From Malacoraja senta (taxonomy: Eukaryota), in assembly GCA_038087875.1 (NCBI GenBank), contig JAXLNO010000104.1, positions 1 through 64,000 of the forward strand: a stretch of DNA of 64,000 bases, written 5' to 3'. Position 1 is the first letter of the stretch. Each line of letters begins with the position of its first letter. The position numbers and the translations under genes were made by a program. The notes beneath the pieces are model-generated. The model did no database searches. It was not told where the DNA came from and saw nothing but the letters and a program-made list of their open reading frames with translations. Shown here in pieces: positions 48,855 to 60,523 of the stretch.

Positions 48855-50550
48855 CACCGGGTGGCGCCGTAAGTAGCAGCCTCGCCAACAGCCTGTCTCG
48901 TCCCTTCTTTTGTTTATTTTTATTCTGTTTTATTTGTATGTGTTAGCGTATCTTTAGTTTTTTATGTGTTAGCGTATCTTTAGAAACTTTTTTATCTCTT
49001 CCCTCGACGGAGGTGCAAATTTTTCCGTATTGCATCTCCGCCGGCATTGTGGCCTAACATCGTGGAGCTGGAGGTAGCATTGTTAGGGATCAACGTCGGG
49101 AGCTCCAACTGCAGGAGCTTTGCCCGCCCCGATTGCTGGAGCCTCGATCGCTCCATTTTAGGGGCTTTGATCGTCGACTGCGGGAGCTTCGATTGCCCCG
49201 ACTGCGGGTGTTTCGATTGCCCCGACCGCGGGAGAAAAGGAGGAAGATGGTTAAAGTTATTCGCCTTCCATCACAGTGGGGAATATGTGGGCGCCGAAAA
49301 ACACAATGGACGAGCTGCCTACCCTTGTGGGAACTCGGAGGGATTGCCGTGAGAGCAGTGATCCTTGAGTCTGGTGCGAGTGTGGACGGCTTTCTGACTT
49401 TGGGCTGACAGGGACTGCAGAAAGAGTACAGCGGTCGGTGAAGAGTGGGCTGAAGAGTGGGCTGAAGAGCGGTTGGAAGAGTGGGCTGAAAGATGGCAGA
49501 TGGAGTTTAATGCTGACAAATGTGAGGTGCTACATCTCGGCAGGACAAATCAAAATAGGACGTACACGGTAAATGGTAGCGAATTGAGGAATGCAGTTGA
49601 ACAGAGGGATCTAGGAATAACTGTGCATAGTTCCCTGAAGGTGGAATCTCATGTAGATAGGGTGGTAAAGAAAGCTTTTGGTGTGCTGGCCTTTATAAAT
49701 CAGAGCATTGAATATAGAAGTTGGGATGTAATGTTAAAATTGTACAAGGCATTCGTGAGGCCAATTCTGGAGTATGGATTACAATTTTGGTCGCCTAATT
49801 ATAGGAAGGATGTCAACAAAATAGAGAGAGTACAGAGGAGATTCACTAGAATGTTGCCTGGGTTTCAGCAACTAAGTTACAGAGAAAGGTTGAACAAGTT
49901 AGGTCTTTATTCTTTGGAGCGCAGAAGGTTAAGAGGGGACTTGATAGAGGTCTTTAAAATTATGAGCGGGTTAGACAGAGTGGACGTGGATAAGCTTTTC
50001 CCATTGAGAGTAGGGAAGATTCAAACAAGGGGACATGACTTGAGAATTAAGGGACAGAAGTTTAGGGGGAACATTAGGGGGAACTTCTTTACTCAGAGAA
50101 TGGTAGCTGTATGTAATGAGCTTCCAGTGGAAGTGGTGGAGGCAGGTTCGATGTTATCCTTTAAAAATAGATTGGATGGGTATATGGACGGGAAAGGAAT
50201 GGAGGGTTATGGTCTGAGTGCAGGTAGATGGGACTAGGGGGAATTATTTATTTTTAATTAAAAAAAAATTTTTTTTTTTAATGTTCGGCACGGACTTGAA
50301 GGGCCGAGATGGCCTCTTTCCGTGCTGTTATGGTTATATGGTTATATGGTTATATGAAGGAGCGTGTGTGTGGCCCGGACATTGAACTGATGGCTGTGGG
50401 TCTCCGCTTATGCTGGGTTCCCATGGGATTCTCACACGCCGCTGTGGTGGCTGTTTATGTTTAATCTTTATGTAGTTTTGTTTCTTGTTGCTTATTTGGT
50501 ATGACTCTGGTAAATCAAATTTCACTGTACCTCAGTACACGTGACAATAA
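48855..50550 (+). mobile_element. SINE-like retroposon interrupted by a CR1 fragment
   Basis: Starts ggtggcgccgt; resumes at 50355 (tgaaggagcgtgtg) after the insertion. Confidence 0.72.
49444..50355 (+). mobile_element. 5'-truncated CR1 of a second subfamily
   Basis: WAERWQMEFNADKCEVLH...RPILEYGLQFWSP...RRLRGDLIEVFK; (tatggtta)n tail. Confidence 0.93.
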
Positions 50551-50759
50551 AGGACCATTAAACCATTGAATGCTAATTAATGATTTTATCCCCTGATTTC
50601 ATTAATGATCATTTTAATTTTAATGTCTTTATACCAAGGTGGAATTGACCTTACTATTGGTGCAGTTGAATTACAAATGTTGCGTGTGTGTGATTTCCAT
50701 TCTATATTGCCCAGATTTATCACTGTTAGGAAGTATTAATCACTTGTTAACTTCCTCAG

Positions 50760-50873
50760 TTGATGGAAAACCTGAAGGAAAAACTCCGTGAAAACGAAGA
50801 GGCACTATTAGAAAGGACACAACTTGTGGATGTGTTAGAGAAAAAGCTTGATGGGAAGAATCAGGAGCTAGCG
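50760..50873 (+). CDS. GOLGB1-like 114-bp exon, copy 2
   Basis: Intact AG/GT; LMENLKEKLRENEEALLERTQLVDVLEKKLDGKNQELA. Confidence 0.7.
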
Positions 50874-52012
50874 GTAAGGAAATCATTATTTGCTGCTGTG
50901 TGAATCTCTATTACAGGGAAAGATCTCTGCAACCAGCTAAGGGATTCTGTTGTAACTGGCAGTGAAATAAAAATAGCAGGGAGCCTCTTGGAATAAATCA
51001 GTAAATATGAAAATATGTGAAGATTTTCTTTTGTATAAATCTTCCCATTCTTTTTATCTAAATCCACCAGTTTATGATGTGTTATAGTACAGAGTCCCCG
51101 TTTATGTGGAGCCTTGCAGTATTATCATTCTGGTTATGACAGGTTGTTGGCATTGCTGATCTGTACCACCAATTTTGTTCAGCCGTGACCAAGATCAGAA
51201 GAGATCTCCTATTTAAGATGCCAACAACAAATGAACTCGTGATTATAATGCAACAGTGTCACTACTGATTATATCTATCTTCTATCTATTCTATTCTATA
51301 TATATTACAAAAACTCTCATCTGGACCACTTCGTGTCTGCGTTGTAATTAAATTTGAGCAAAAATCATCCTGCTTAGTGCTACGATTGTGTTGGGGAATG
51401 GGACCAGGCCTCCTGTGTGACTGGGACCCAACAGTCTAGTTGTTCTTCATTTCCCCATCCACTAGTGGGAGAGTCTAGGACTAGAGTTCATAGCCTCAGA
51501 TTTAAAGGACGTTCCTTTGGGAAAGAGATTAGGAGGAATTTCTTTCGTCAGAAGTAAGCGGTTGCACATTTAATGCATTAGCATTTTTGTTTCTCTGACA
51601 ACAGCATGCGAGTTTGGAACTATGTTTGTCTAAGTGTAGACAATGCAGACTCGTAGAATATTTTCAAGACAGAGGGGATCGATTCATGATAAACTGGGTG
51701 AATGTATACATTAGGTCAGTGATGATCTTAATGAAATGCAGAACAGACCTGATGGACTGAATAGGTATTCCTGCAGAATGTAAATACAAACAACTGCAGA
51801 TGTTGGTTTATACCAAAGATAGAAGGGCTGGAGTAACTCAGTTGAATAAGGATCCTGACCTGAAACATCATCCATCCTTTTTTTCCAAAGATGTTGCCTG
51901 ACCAGTTGAGTTATTCCTGAACTCTGTGTCCCTTCAGGAGGCACATATCTGTGAGCTATAGTAGTCCTGTGAATATCCCTCATCCACACCATCTTGTACA
52001 TGGATTTTAATG

Positions 52013-52013
<1 letters not shown>

Positions 52014-52052
<39 letters not shown>

Positions 52053-55000
52053 TTTTTATTTTTTAGAAGTACGGTAGATTACAGTAATGTACAACACGTA
52101 TATATTAATACATTTTTTGTACCGCTTCACTTTTTTAAACTTTAAGAAAGAAAAAGAAAGAAGTAAGAAAAGTGAAGAAAGTGCGCAAAGGTTGTGAAGT
52201 GCAAAAGAGTGTTGGGAAAAGAAAGCCCCTTAGAAAAGAGGTTAGAGAAGGAAGTAAAGTTAGAAAATAGACCCTAGAAAAAAAAGAGAAAGAAAGAAGG
52301 AACAATCGCTCTATTATGACTCTTATACCATACTTCATAGAGAAGGAACTACCAACCAAGTCTATTTTTATTTTACCTCCCATTACCAGGTCCAGATACC
52401 TTTTATTTATTTATTTGTTTTTCTAAATTACTATTGCACCTCATGCTTGTAATAGGTCCAAAAACGTAGACCACGTCTTTTGAAATTGATCTACTTTGCC
52501 TACTAGGAGGAATCTCATCTCTTCCAGATGTAATGTTTCCAACATATTTGATGTCCACATTTTTATTGTTGGTGTGGGCGCATTTTTCCAGAATTTAAGT
52601 ATAAGCTTTTTTCCCATTATTAGCCCATAATTGAGTAAATTCTTCTGATACACGTTTAATTCAGGAATACCTTCCGATATTCCAAAAATAATCCATTCTG
52701 GTTTTGGTACCAGTTTTATTTTGATTAATTTTGAAAAAATATCAAATATTTCAAACCAGAATTTTTGGATTTTTGTACAAAAAACAAAAGAATGTGCTAT
52801 GGTAGCTTCTTGACATATACATTTATCACAGATTGGTGAGACGTTAGGAAAGATTTTATTTAGTTTGGTTTTTGAATAATATAATCTATGTAATGTTTTA
52901 AATTGGATAAGCGTATGTCGTACGTTGATCGAGCATTTATGCACCTGTAATAAATGATTATCCCAACTCTCTTTTGAAATTTTTATACCTAGATCTTGTT
53001 CCCAATCTCTTCTAATTCCATCTGTTGTGGGTATTTCTATATTTAAGATGATATTATATAAGTATGATATTAAATTAACTGATTCCGCCTTTGTCTTCAT
53101 TGCTTCATCTAGTAAGTCGGAAGGCATATTATAATAATCTTTTGTGTGTGTTTTCAAATAGTCACAGATTTGTATATATTTAAAATATTGATTATTTTTC
53201 AAATTATATTTCAGTTGTAGTTGTTGGAATGATAGTAATTTTTCTAATTCATACAGATCTTCGAGCGTTTTAATTCCCATTCTTTCCCATTGTATAAATG
53301 CTTTATCTATGATTGAAGGTTTAAACGATGGGTTATTGACTATTGGTATTAAGAGAGATAGGTTTCTTAATTTTAGATTCTGTTTTATTTGCTTCCATGT
53401 TCTAATAGTGCTATATATAATTGGATTTTTATTATAATTTTTATTATTCAAGTTTATTGGAGAGAGAATAATCGCTCCTATATTATTCGGGGAGCAATCC
53501 CCTTTTTCCATTATAATCCAGTCCACCTGCTGGGCAGAATTGTCCAGCAGGTGAATCATATTTTTAATATTTACTGCCCAGTTATAATACATAAAGTTAG
53601 GGAGCGCTAGACCCCCCAACTCTTTTCGTTTGTTAAGGTGTGTTCTTTGTATTCTGTGGGATTTGTAATCCCATATAAAATTTGTAATGTCTGAGTCCAG
53701 TTTTTTGAAAAACTTTTTTGGGAGATATATAGGTATTGATTGAAATAGGTAAAGGATTTGTGGTAAGAAAATCATTTTTATAGCATTTATCCTACCTATT
53801 AAGGACATCGGAAGTGTTTTCCAAAATTTAATCAGATTATTTAATTTCTTAAGTAGGGGATTATAATTAGCTTTAAACATATCATGGTAATTTCTAGTAA
53901 TCTCAATTCCTAAATATTTGAATTTTTCCATAGCTATTTTAAAAGGGAATTTCCTGAGATGTGTTGAATCTTTTGGTTTAATCGACATAATTTCACTTTT
54001 GTTCCAATTTATTCTATATCCTGAAAAGGATCCAAAGTCCTCAATTAAGTTTAATATATTTGGTATACTAATTTGTGGTTTTGTGATGTACAGTAGTACA
54101 TCATCAGCATATAGGGATAGTTTGTTGTTTGAATATTTTGTGTTATAACCGTGAATATTCGAGTGTGTTCTTATTTTTTCAGCAAGGGGTTCAATTACCA
54201 AAGCAAATAACAGCGGTGATAGTGAACATCCTTGTCTGTTGCCCCTAGATAATTCGAATTTTGAAGATAATATATTATTAGTTAGTATTCTAGCCGTAGG
54301 TTTGTTATATAGTAGTTTTATCCATGCAATAAAGTTTTCTCCCAATTGGAATTTTTGCAATACTTTGATCATATAGTCCCATTCTACTTGATCAAACGCT
54401 TTTTCTGCGTCCAGTGAGATGATAGCTAACTCTTGGTCATAAGATTTATGTGAATGCATTATGTTAAGCAAACGTCTCAAATTATTAAATGAGTGTCTCT
54501 TAGGTATAAATCCTGTTTGATCCTCATGTATTAGTCTACTAACATACTTGCTTAATCTATTGGCTAATGTTTTTGCTATTATTTTCTGATCCGTATTTAA
54601 CAAAGCAATAGCTCTATATGATCCTGGTTCTTCTATATTTTTATCTTTTTTAAGTATTAATATGATCGTTGATTCCGCTAGTGTTTCAGGTAGGTTTTGC
54701 TCTTTATAAGCATATGTATACATTTTTTGTAATCGTGGAGTAACTATATCATAAAAAGATTTATAAAATTCATTACTGAATCCGTCTGGTCCTGGTGTTT
54801 TTCCATTTTTTAGTGTTTTTATTGTGTCTTCTATCTCCTTAGAAGTAATTTGTGCTCCCAGTTCCTCTTGTTCCCTGCGTTCTAATTGTGGTAGATTACA
54901 ATTATCTAAAAATTCTGAGATTTTATTATTGTCTATTGACGTTTTAGATGTGTATAGATTCTGGTAAAATTGAGCAAATCTTTTATTAATATCCTTGGGT

Positions 55001-57492
55001 AGTGTTAATACTTCCCCTCTATCTGATTTAATCTTTAATATTGCATTCTCTTTTTCCCGTTTTTTAAGTTGTCGTGCTAGAAGTTTGTGGGGTTTGTCCC
55101 CGAATTCGAAGTGTTCTTGTTTTGTGATTTGAAATAATGTTATAACTTTCTCTGACAGTAATTTATTTAACTGAAATTTCAGTAGTAGTATTTTATTATG
55201 TTTATCCATAGTTGGGTCTTTAGCATTATCTATATCTAACTGTTTTATTTGATCTTCTAAGTGTCTTTGTTCATTCTTATTCTTTTTATTTTGATAAGCT
55301 TGAAATGAAATAATGACTCCTCTTATAAATGCTTTGAAGGATTCCCATAATAACGTGGGGGATATCTCTGGTGTATCATTTAACTCAAAAAATAGATCCA
55401 TCTGTTTTTTTAGATAGATACTCCCTTGAGGGTCTTTTAAAATTTGTGAGTTAAACCTCCAGAACGGTTTATTCATAGACATTCCTTCTAGTTTTAGAAC
55501 AAAAGTTAACGGAGAATGATCTGAGATCGCATTAATATGATATTTAGGATTCAAAGATTGCGAAATTAATTTTGTATCCACTAGAAAATAGTCTATCCGT
55601 GAATATGTTTTATGCACCATTGAATAAAACGAGTAATCCCTTCCCGTCGGGTTTGCAATCCTCCATACATCTGTTATATTTGTGTTTTCCATATATGTGT
55701 GTAAGAGTTCACTGGTTTTAGATTTCGTCTGACCTTTTTGTTTTTGCATCGATTTATCTAAATAAGGATCTAAAACACAATTAAAATCTCCTCCGATTAT
55801 AACATTTTGATAATTAGATTCTGCAATTATATTCAGAATTTTATTAAAAAATTGAGGGTTATCAAAGTTGGGCGCATATATGTTTACCAGCGTGATTGGC
55901 ATATTATTGATCTCCCCTGCTACTATAAGATATCTCCCTTCCTTATCTAAAATAGTGTTCTTTGATTTAAATGGAATTCCTTTACGAATAATAATTGCAG
56001 TACCTCTAGATTTAGAGGTAAATGAAGAGTGAAATGTTTGGCCTATCCAGTTCGCCCTCAGTCTTGTCTGATCTTGCTGTTTAAGATGTGTTTCCTGTAG
56101 AAACGCTATGTCCGTGTTGTATGATTTCAACTGAGCTAGTATCTTGCCCCTTTTAATAGGTTCATTAATCCCCCTTATATTCCAACTACATAATGTGATT
56201 CCTCCTATTTTCTTTTGATTGTCGTCATGCATTTTTACCAATTTTAATGACCTTAATTATTGTGGTGCGTTCATACCTCCGGACTCTGGTTATTTTGGGA
56301 GTATTTCTATTATAGACTTCCTTGGTAGTTCTCCTGCGCGATTGTCCTTGAAGAAAAAACACACAGATGTGACATATTGTGATTAAAAAAAAATATATAT
56401 ATAAATCAAATAAATTTACGGTGTCTAAAATTTCAACACCGTAGTGAGTGGCCCACTCGTCTGTGGGGTACGACATCCATAACGCTTCCGGCGTAGTTGG
56501 TATAAAGTTAGCCCCGCTGTATTTCTTACCCAAAATCTATGGGGTCATTACCGTTTCCAATTCAGTTCTATTTCACCCAGTTACAATTTATATATATGTC
56601 AAATGTATTCGATTCCATATCCTACTCACTCTTTATCTCTTAACTATTTTAAAATGAATTTAGTATTGTTAAAGTGAGCGGTTTACTGAGTGGATTAACC
56701 GGAGTCAGGTTCCTGGAATTGTGCCAGGTGCCTGATCTCTTCTCCTCTCCACGAGCTGCGAACATAGGTGATAACTGCTGTCTGCGTTATGACGCAGGCA
56801 CCACAGTTTTATCAGTTTCAAATATTATTTCTATATTAGTATTGTTAATTATTAATTATGATTAATTCTCAGCATTTTGTAAAACTATATAAGCCGTATA
56901 TATTTTTCATATCAACCTCGAGTGTATATTATCTCTTAACTATTTTAAATTGATTTTAATATTGTTAAAAATGAGCTGTTCGCTGGAAGGGTTAACGGGA
57001 GTCTGGCTCCTGGAGTTATGCCAGGTACCCGGTCTCCCCCTCCCTCCACTCTCGAGCTGCATAGCACTTGCTGTTATCTGCTAAACAGAGCAGACTGCAC
57101 ATTTTTTATCTATTTCAATTGCTATTTCTATATTAGTATTGTTAATTGTTAATTATTATTAGTTCTCAGTTTTTTCAGTTTTTTATAAACAATATAAGCC
57201 ATGTGATGTTTTTCACTCTCAGCCCAGCAGTTCGTCCCGTTATCAGGTTTTCCTCGTTTGAGCACGTAGTGTCCTTGAATTACATAGCACAATGTTCCAG
57301 CGAAGATAATAATGTCTAGCCACGTCTCACTAAGAATCTGTTGCTTGAAGTCAAATAAAAAATAAAAAATCAGTGTTCAGTTAATTCACTTTCCTTGTGA
57401 TATTCTTGTTGGAAGAATAAGCAAGTTCATTTGTTCATGTCGTCTTGGTTTTCAGTCTCCAGTTGATGCAGCCTTAGTCGCGATTTCTTGAG
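52014..57492 (-). mobile_element. Young L1 element, 5'-truncated, with poly(A) tail and 130-bp flanking direct repeat
   Basis: T-run at 52014-52050; intact ORF2; 51886-52015 is identical to 57493-57622. Confidence 0.95.
52441..56241 (-). CDS. L1 ORF2p (APE endonuclease, reverse transcriptase, CCHC), 1266 aa, uninterrupted
   Basis: SWNIRG, FLQETH, GGDFN, SRIDYF, SDH; PGPDGF, SLDAEKAFD, RQGCSLSP, LYADD, KYLG; CDKC...H...C. Confidence 0.97.
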   Translation of the reverse strand: MVKMHDDNQKKIGGITLCSWNIRGINEPIKRGKILAQLKSYNTDIAFLQETHLKQQDQTRLRANWIGQTFHSSFTSKSRGTAIIIRKGIPFKSKNTILDKEGRYLIVAGEINNMPITLVNIYAPNFDNPQFFNKILNIIAESNYQNVIIGGDFNCVLDPYLDKSMQKQKGQTKSKTSELLHTYMENTNITDVWRIANPTGRDYSFYSMVHKTYSRIDYFLVDTKLISQSLNPKYHINAISDHSPLTFVLKLEGMSMNKPFWRFNSQILKDPQGSIYLKKQMDLFFELNDTPEISPTLLWESFKAFIRGVIISFQAYQNKKNKNEQRHLEDQIKQLDIDNAKDPTMDKHNKILLLKFQLNKLLSEKVITLFQITKQEHFEFGDKPHKLLARQLKKREKENAILKIKSDRGEVLTLPKDINKRFAQFYQNLYTSKTSIDNNKISEFLDNCNLPQLERREQEELGAQITSKEIEDTIKTLKNGKTPGPDGFSNEFYKSFYDIVTPRLQKMYTYAYKEQNLPETLAESTIILILKKDKNIEEPGSYRAIALLNTDQKIIAKTLANRLSKYVSRLIHEDQTGFIPKRHSFNNLRRLLNIMHSHKSYDQELAIISLDAEKAFDQVEWDYMIKVLQKFQLGENFIAWIKLLYNKPTARILTNNILSSKFELSRGNRQGCSLSPLLFALVIEPLAEKIRTHSNIHGYNTKYSNNKLSLYADDVLLYITKPQISIPNILNLIEDFGSFSGYRINWNKSEIMSIKPKDSTHLRKFPFKIAMEKFKYLGIEITRNYHDMFKANYNPLLKKLNNLIKFWKTLPMSLIGRINAIKMIFLPQILYLFQSIPIYLPKKFFKKLDSDITNFIWDYKSHRIQRTHLNKRKELGGLALPNFMYYNWAVNIKNMIHLLDNSAQQVDWIIMEKGDCSPNNIGAIILSPINLNNKNYNKNPIIYSTIRTWKQIKQNLKLRNLSLLIPIVNNPSFKPSIIDKAFIQWERMGIKTLEDLYELEKLLSFQQLQLKYNLKNNQYFKYIQICDYLKTHTKDYYNMPSDLLDEAMKTKAESVNLISYLYNIILNIEIPTTDGIRRDWEQDLGIKISKESWDNHLLQVHKCSINVRHTLIQFKTLHRLYYSKTKLNKIFPNVSPICDKCICQEATIAHSFVFCTKIQKFWFEIFDIFSKLIKIKLVPKPEWIIFGISEGIPELNVYQKNLLNYGLIMGKKLILKFWKNAPTPTIKMWTSNMLETLHLEEMRFLLVGKVDQFQKTWSTFLDLLQA

Positions 57493-57938
57493 CAAAGATG
57501 TTGCCTGACCAGTTGAGTTATTCCTGAACTCTGTGTCCCTTCAGGAGGCACATATCTGTGAGCTATAGTAGTCCTGTGAATATCCCTCATCCACACCATC
57601 TTGTACATGGATTTTAATGCTTGCACTTCAAGTGTTTTTGATCAGTGAACCCTTAAAAATATCTTTACGCTAGATATTACTGTTGATAAATCAAATTTCA
57701 CTGTACCTTAGTACACGTGACAATATAGGACCATTAAACCATTGAATGCTAATTAATGATTTTATCCCCTGATTTCATTAATGATCATTTTAATTTTAAT
57801 GTCTTTATACCAAGGTGTAATTGAAGACCTAACTATTGGTGCAGTTGAATTACAAATGTTGCGTGTGTGTGATTTCCATTCTATGTTGCCCAGATTTATC
57901 ACTGTTAGGAAGTATTAGTCACTTGTTAACTTCCTCAG

Positions 57939-58052
57939 TTGATGGAAAACCTGAAGGAAAAACTCCGTGAAAACGAAGAGGCACTATTAGAAAGGACACA
58001 ACTTGTGGATGTGTTAGAGAAAAAGCTTGATGGGAAGAATCAGGAGCTAGTG
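57939..58052 (+). CDS. GOLGB1-like 114-bp exon, copy 3
   Basis: Intact AG/GT; ends KNQELV. Confidence 0.7.
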
Positions 58053-58254
58053 GTAAGGAAATCATTATTTGCTGCTGTGTGAATCTCTATTACAGGGAAA
58101 TATCTCTGCAACCAGCTAAGGGATTCTGTTGTAACTGGCAGTGAAATAAAAATAGCAGGGAGCATCTTGGAATAAATCAGTAAATATGAAAAAATGTGAA
58201 GATTTTCTTTTGTATAAATCTTCCCATTCTTTTTATCTAAATCAACCCTTTTAT

Positions 58255-59697
58255 GGAAACATAGACAATAGGTGCAGGAGTAGGCCATTCGGCCCTTCGA
58301 GCCTGCACCGCCATTCAATATGATCATGGCTGATCATCCAATTCAGTATCCTGTACCTGCTTTCTGTCCACACCCCCTGATCCCTTTAGCCACAAGGGCT
58401 ACATCTAACTCCCTCTAAAATGTAGCCAATGAACTGGCCTCAACTTCCTTCTGTGGCAGAGAATTCCAGAGATTCACCACTCTCTGTGTGAAAAATGTTT
58501 TCCTTATCTCGGACCTAAAAGATTTCCCCCTTATCCTTAAACTGTGACCCCTTGTTCTGGACTTCCCCAACATCGGGAACAATCTTCCTGCATCTAGCCT
58601 TTCCAACCCCTTAAGAATTGTGTACGTTTCTATAAGATCCCCCCTCAATCTTCTAAATTCTAGCGAGTACAAGCCGAGTCTATCCAGTCTTTCTTCATAT
58701 GAAAGTCCTGACATCCCAGGAATCAGTCTGGTGAACCTTCTCTGTACTCCCTCTATGGCAAGAATGTCTTTCCTCAGATTAGGAGACCAAAACTGTACGC
58801 AATACTCCAGGTGTGGTCTCACCAAGACCCTGTACAACTGCAGTAGAACCTCCCTGCTCCTATACTCAAATCCTTTTGCTATGAATGCTAACATACCATT
58901 CGCCTTCTTCACTGCCTGCTGCACCTGCATGCCTACTTTTAATGACTGGTGTAGAAACATAGAAACACAGAAAATAGGTGCAGGAGTAGGCCATTCGGCC
59001 CTTCGAGCTTGCACCGCCATTTGATATGATCATGGCTGATCATTCAACTCAGTATCCCATCCCTGCCTTCTCTCCATACCCCCTGATCCCTTTAACCACA
59101 AGGGCCACATCTAACTCCCTCTTAAATATAGCCAATGAACTGGCCTCAACAACCTTCTGTGGCAGAGAATTCCACAGATTCACCACTCTCTGTGTAAAAA
59201 AATGATTTCCTCATCTCGGTCCTAAAAGTCTTCCCTCTTATCCTTAAACTGTGACCCCTAGTTCTGGACTTCCCCAACATCGGGAATAATCTTCCTGCAT
59301 CTAGCCTGTCCAACCCCTTAAGAATTTTGTAAGTTTCCATAAGATCCCCCCTCAGTCTTCTGAATTCCAACGTGTACAAGCCAAGTCTATCCAGTCTTTC
59401 CTCATATGAAAGTCCTGCCATCCCAGGAATCAGTCTGGTGAACCTTCTCTGTACTCCCTCTATGGCAAGAATGTCTTTCCTCAGATTAGGAGACCAAAAC
59501 TGTACGCAATACTCCAGGTGTGGTCTCACCAAGACCCTGTACAACTGCAGTAGAACCTCCCTGCTCTTATACTCAAATCCTTTTGCTATGAATGTTAACA
59601 TACCATTTGCTTTCTTCACTGCCTGCTGCACCTGCATTCCTACTTTTAATGACTGGTGTAGAAACATAGAAAATAGGTGCAGGAGTAGGCCATTCGG
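58255..59697 (-). mobile_element. Head-to-tail CR1 3' fragments (58255-58953, 58954-59660, plus a tail stub)
   Basis: Two ~700-bp copies, each beginning at HQSLKVGMQVQQAV and ending in the CR1 tail. Confidence 0.93.
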
Positions 59698-60212
59698 GAT
59701 GTCGGGAGCTCCAACTGCAGGAGCTTTGACCGCCCCGATTGCGGGAGCCTCGATCGCTCCGTTGTAGGGGCTTTGATCGCCGACTGCGGGAGCTTCGATT
59801 GCCCCGACCACGGGAGAAAAGGAGGAAGATGGTAAAAGTTATTTGCCTTCTATCACAGTGGGGAATATGTGGGCGCCGAAAGCACAATGGACGAGCTACC
59901 TCCCCTGGTGGGGACTTGGAGGGATTGCCGTGAGAGCAGTGATCCTGGAGTCTGGTGCGAGTGTGTGGACGGCTTTCTGACATTGGGCTGACAGGGACTG
60001 CAGAGAGAGTATAGCGGTCGGTGATGGAGCGTGTGTGTGGCCCGGACATTGAACTGATGGCTGTCGGTCTCCGCTTATGCTGGGTGCCCTAGGGATTCCC
60101 ACACGCCGCTGTGGTGGCTGTTTCTGTTTAAGCTTTATGTAGTTTTGTGTCTTGTTGCTTTTTTGGTATGACTGTGTGGTGATACACGTGACAATAAAGG
60201 ACCATTAAACCA
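59698..60212 (+). mobile_element. SINE-like retroposon 3' part (duplication-boundary repeat)
   Basis: Same sequence as 46670-47228. Confidence 0.75.
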
Positions 60213-60409
60213 TTGAATGCTAATTAATGATTTTATCCCCTGATTTCATTAATGATAATTTTAATTTTAATGTCTTTATACCAAGGTGGAATTGAAGACC
60301 TAACTATTGGTGCAGTTGAATTACAAATGTTGCGTGTGTGTGATTTCCATTCTATATTGCCCAGATTTATCACTGTTAGAAAGTATTAATCACCTGTTAA
60401 CTTCCTCAG

Positions 60410-60523
60410 TTGTTGGAAAACCTCAAGGAAAAACTCTGTGAAAACGAAGAGGCACTATTAGAAAGGACACAACCTGTGGATGTGTTGCAGAAAAAGCTTG
60501 ATGGGAAGAATCGGGAGCTAGCG
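60410..60523 (+). CDS. GOLGB1-like 114-bp exon, copy 4 (most diverged)
   Basis: Intact AG/GT; LLENLKEKLCENEEALLERTQPVDVLQKKLDGKNRELA. Confidence 0.68.
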
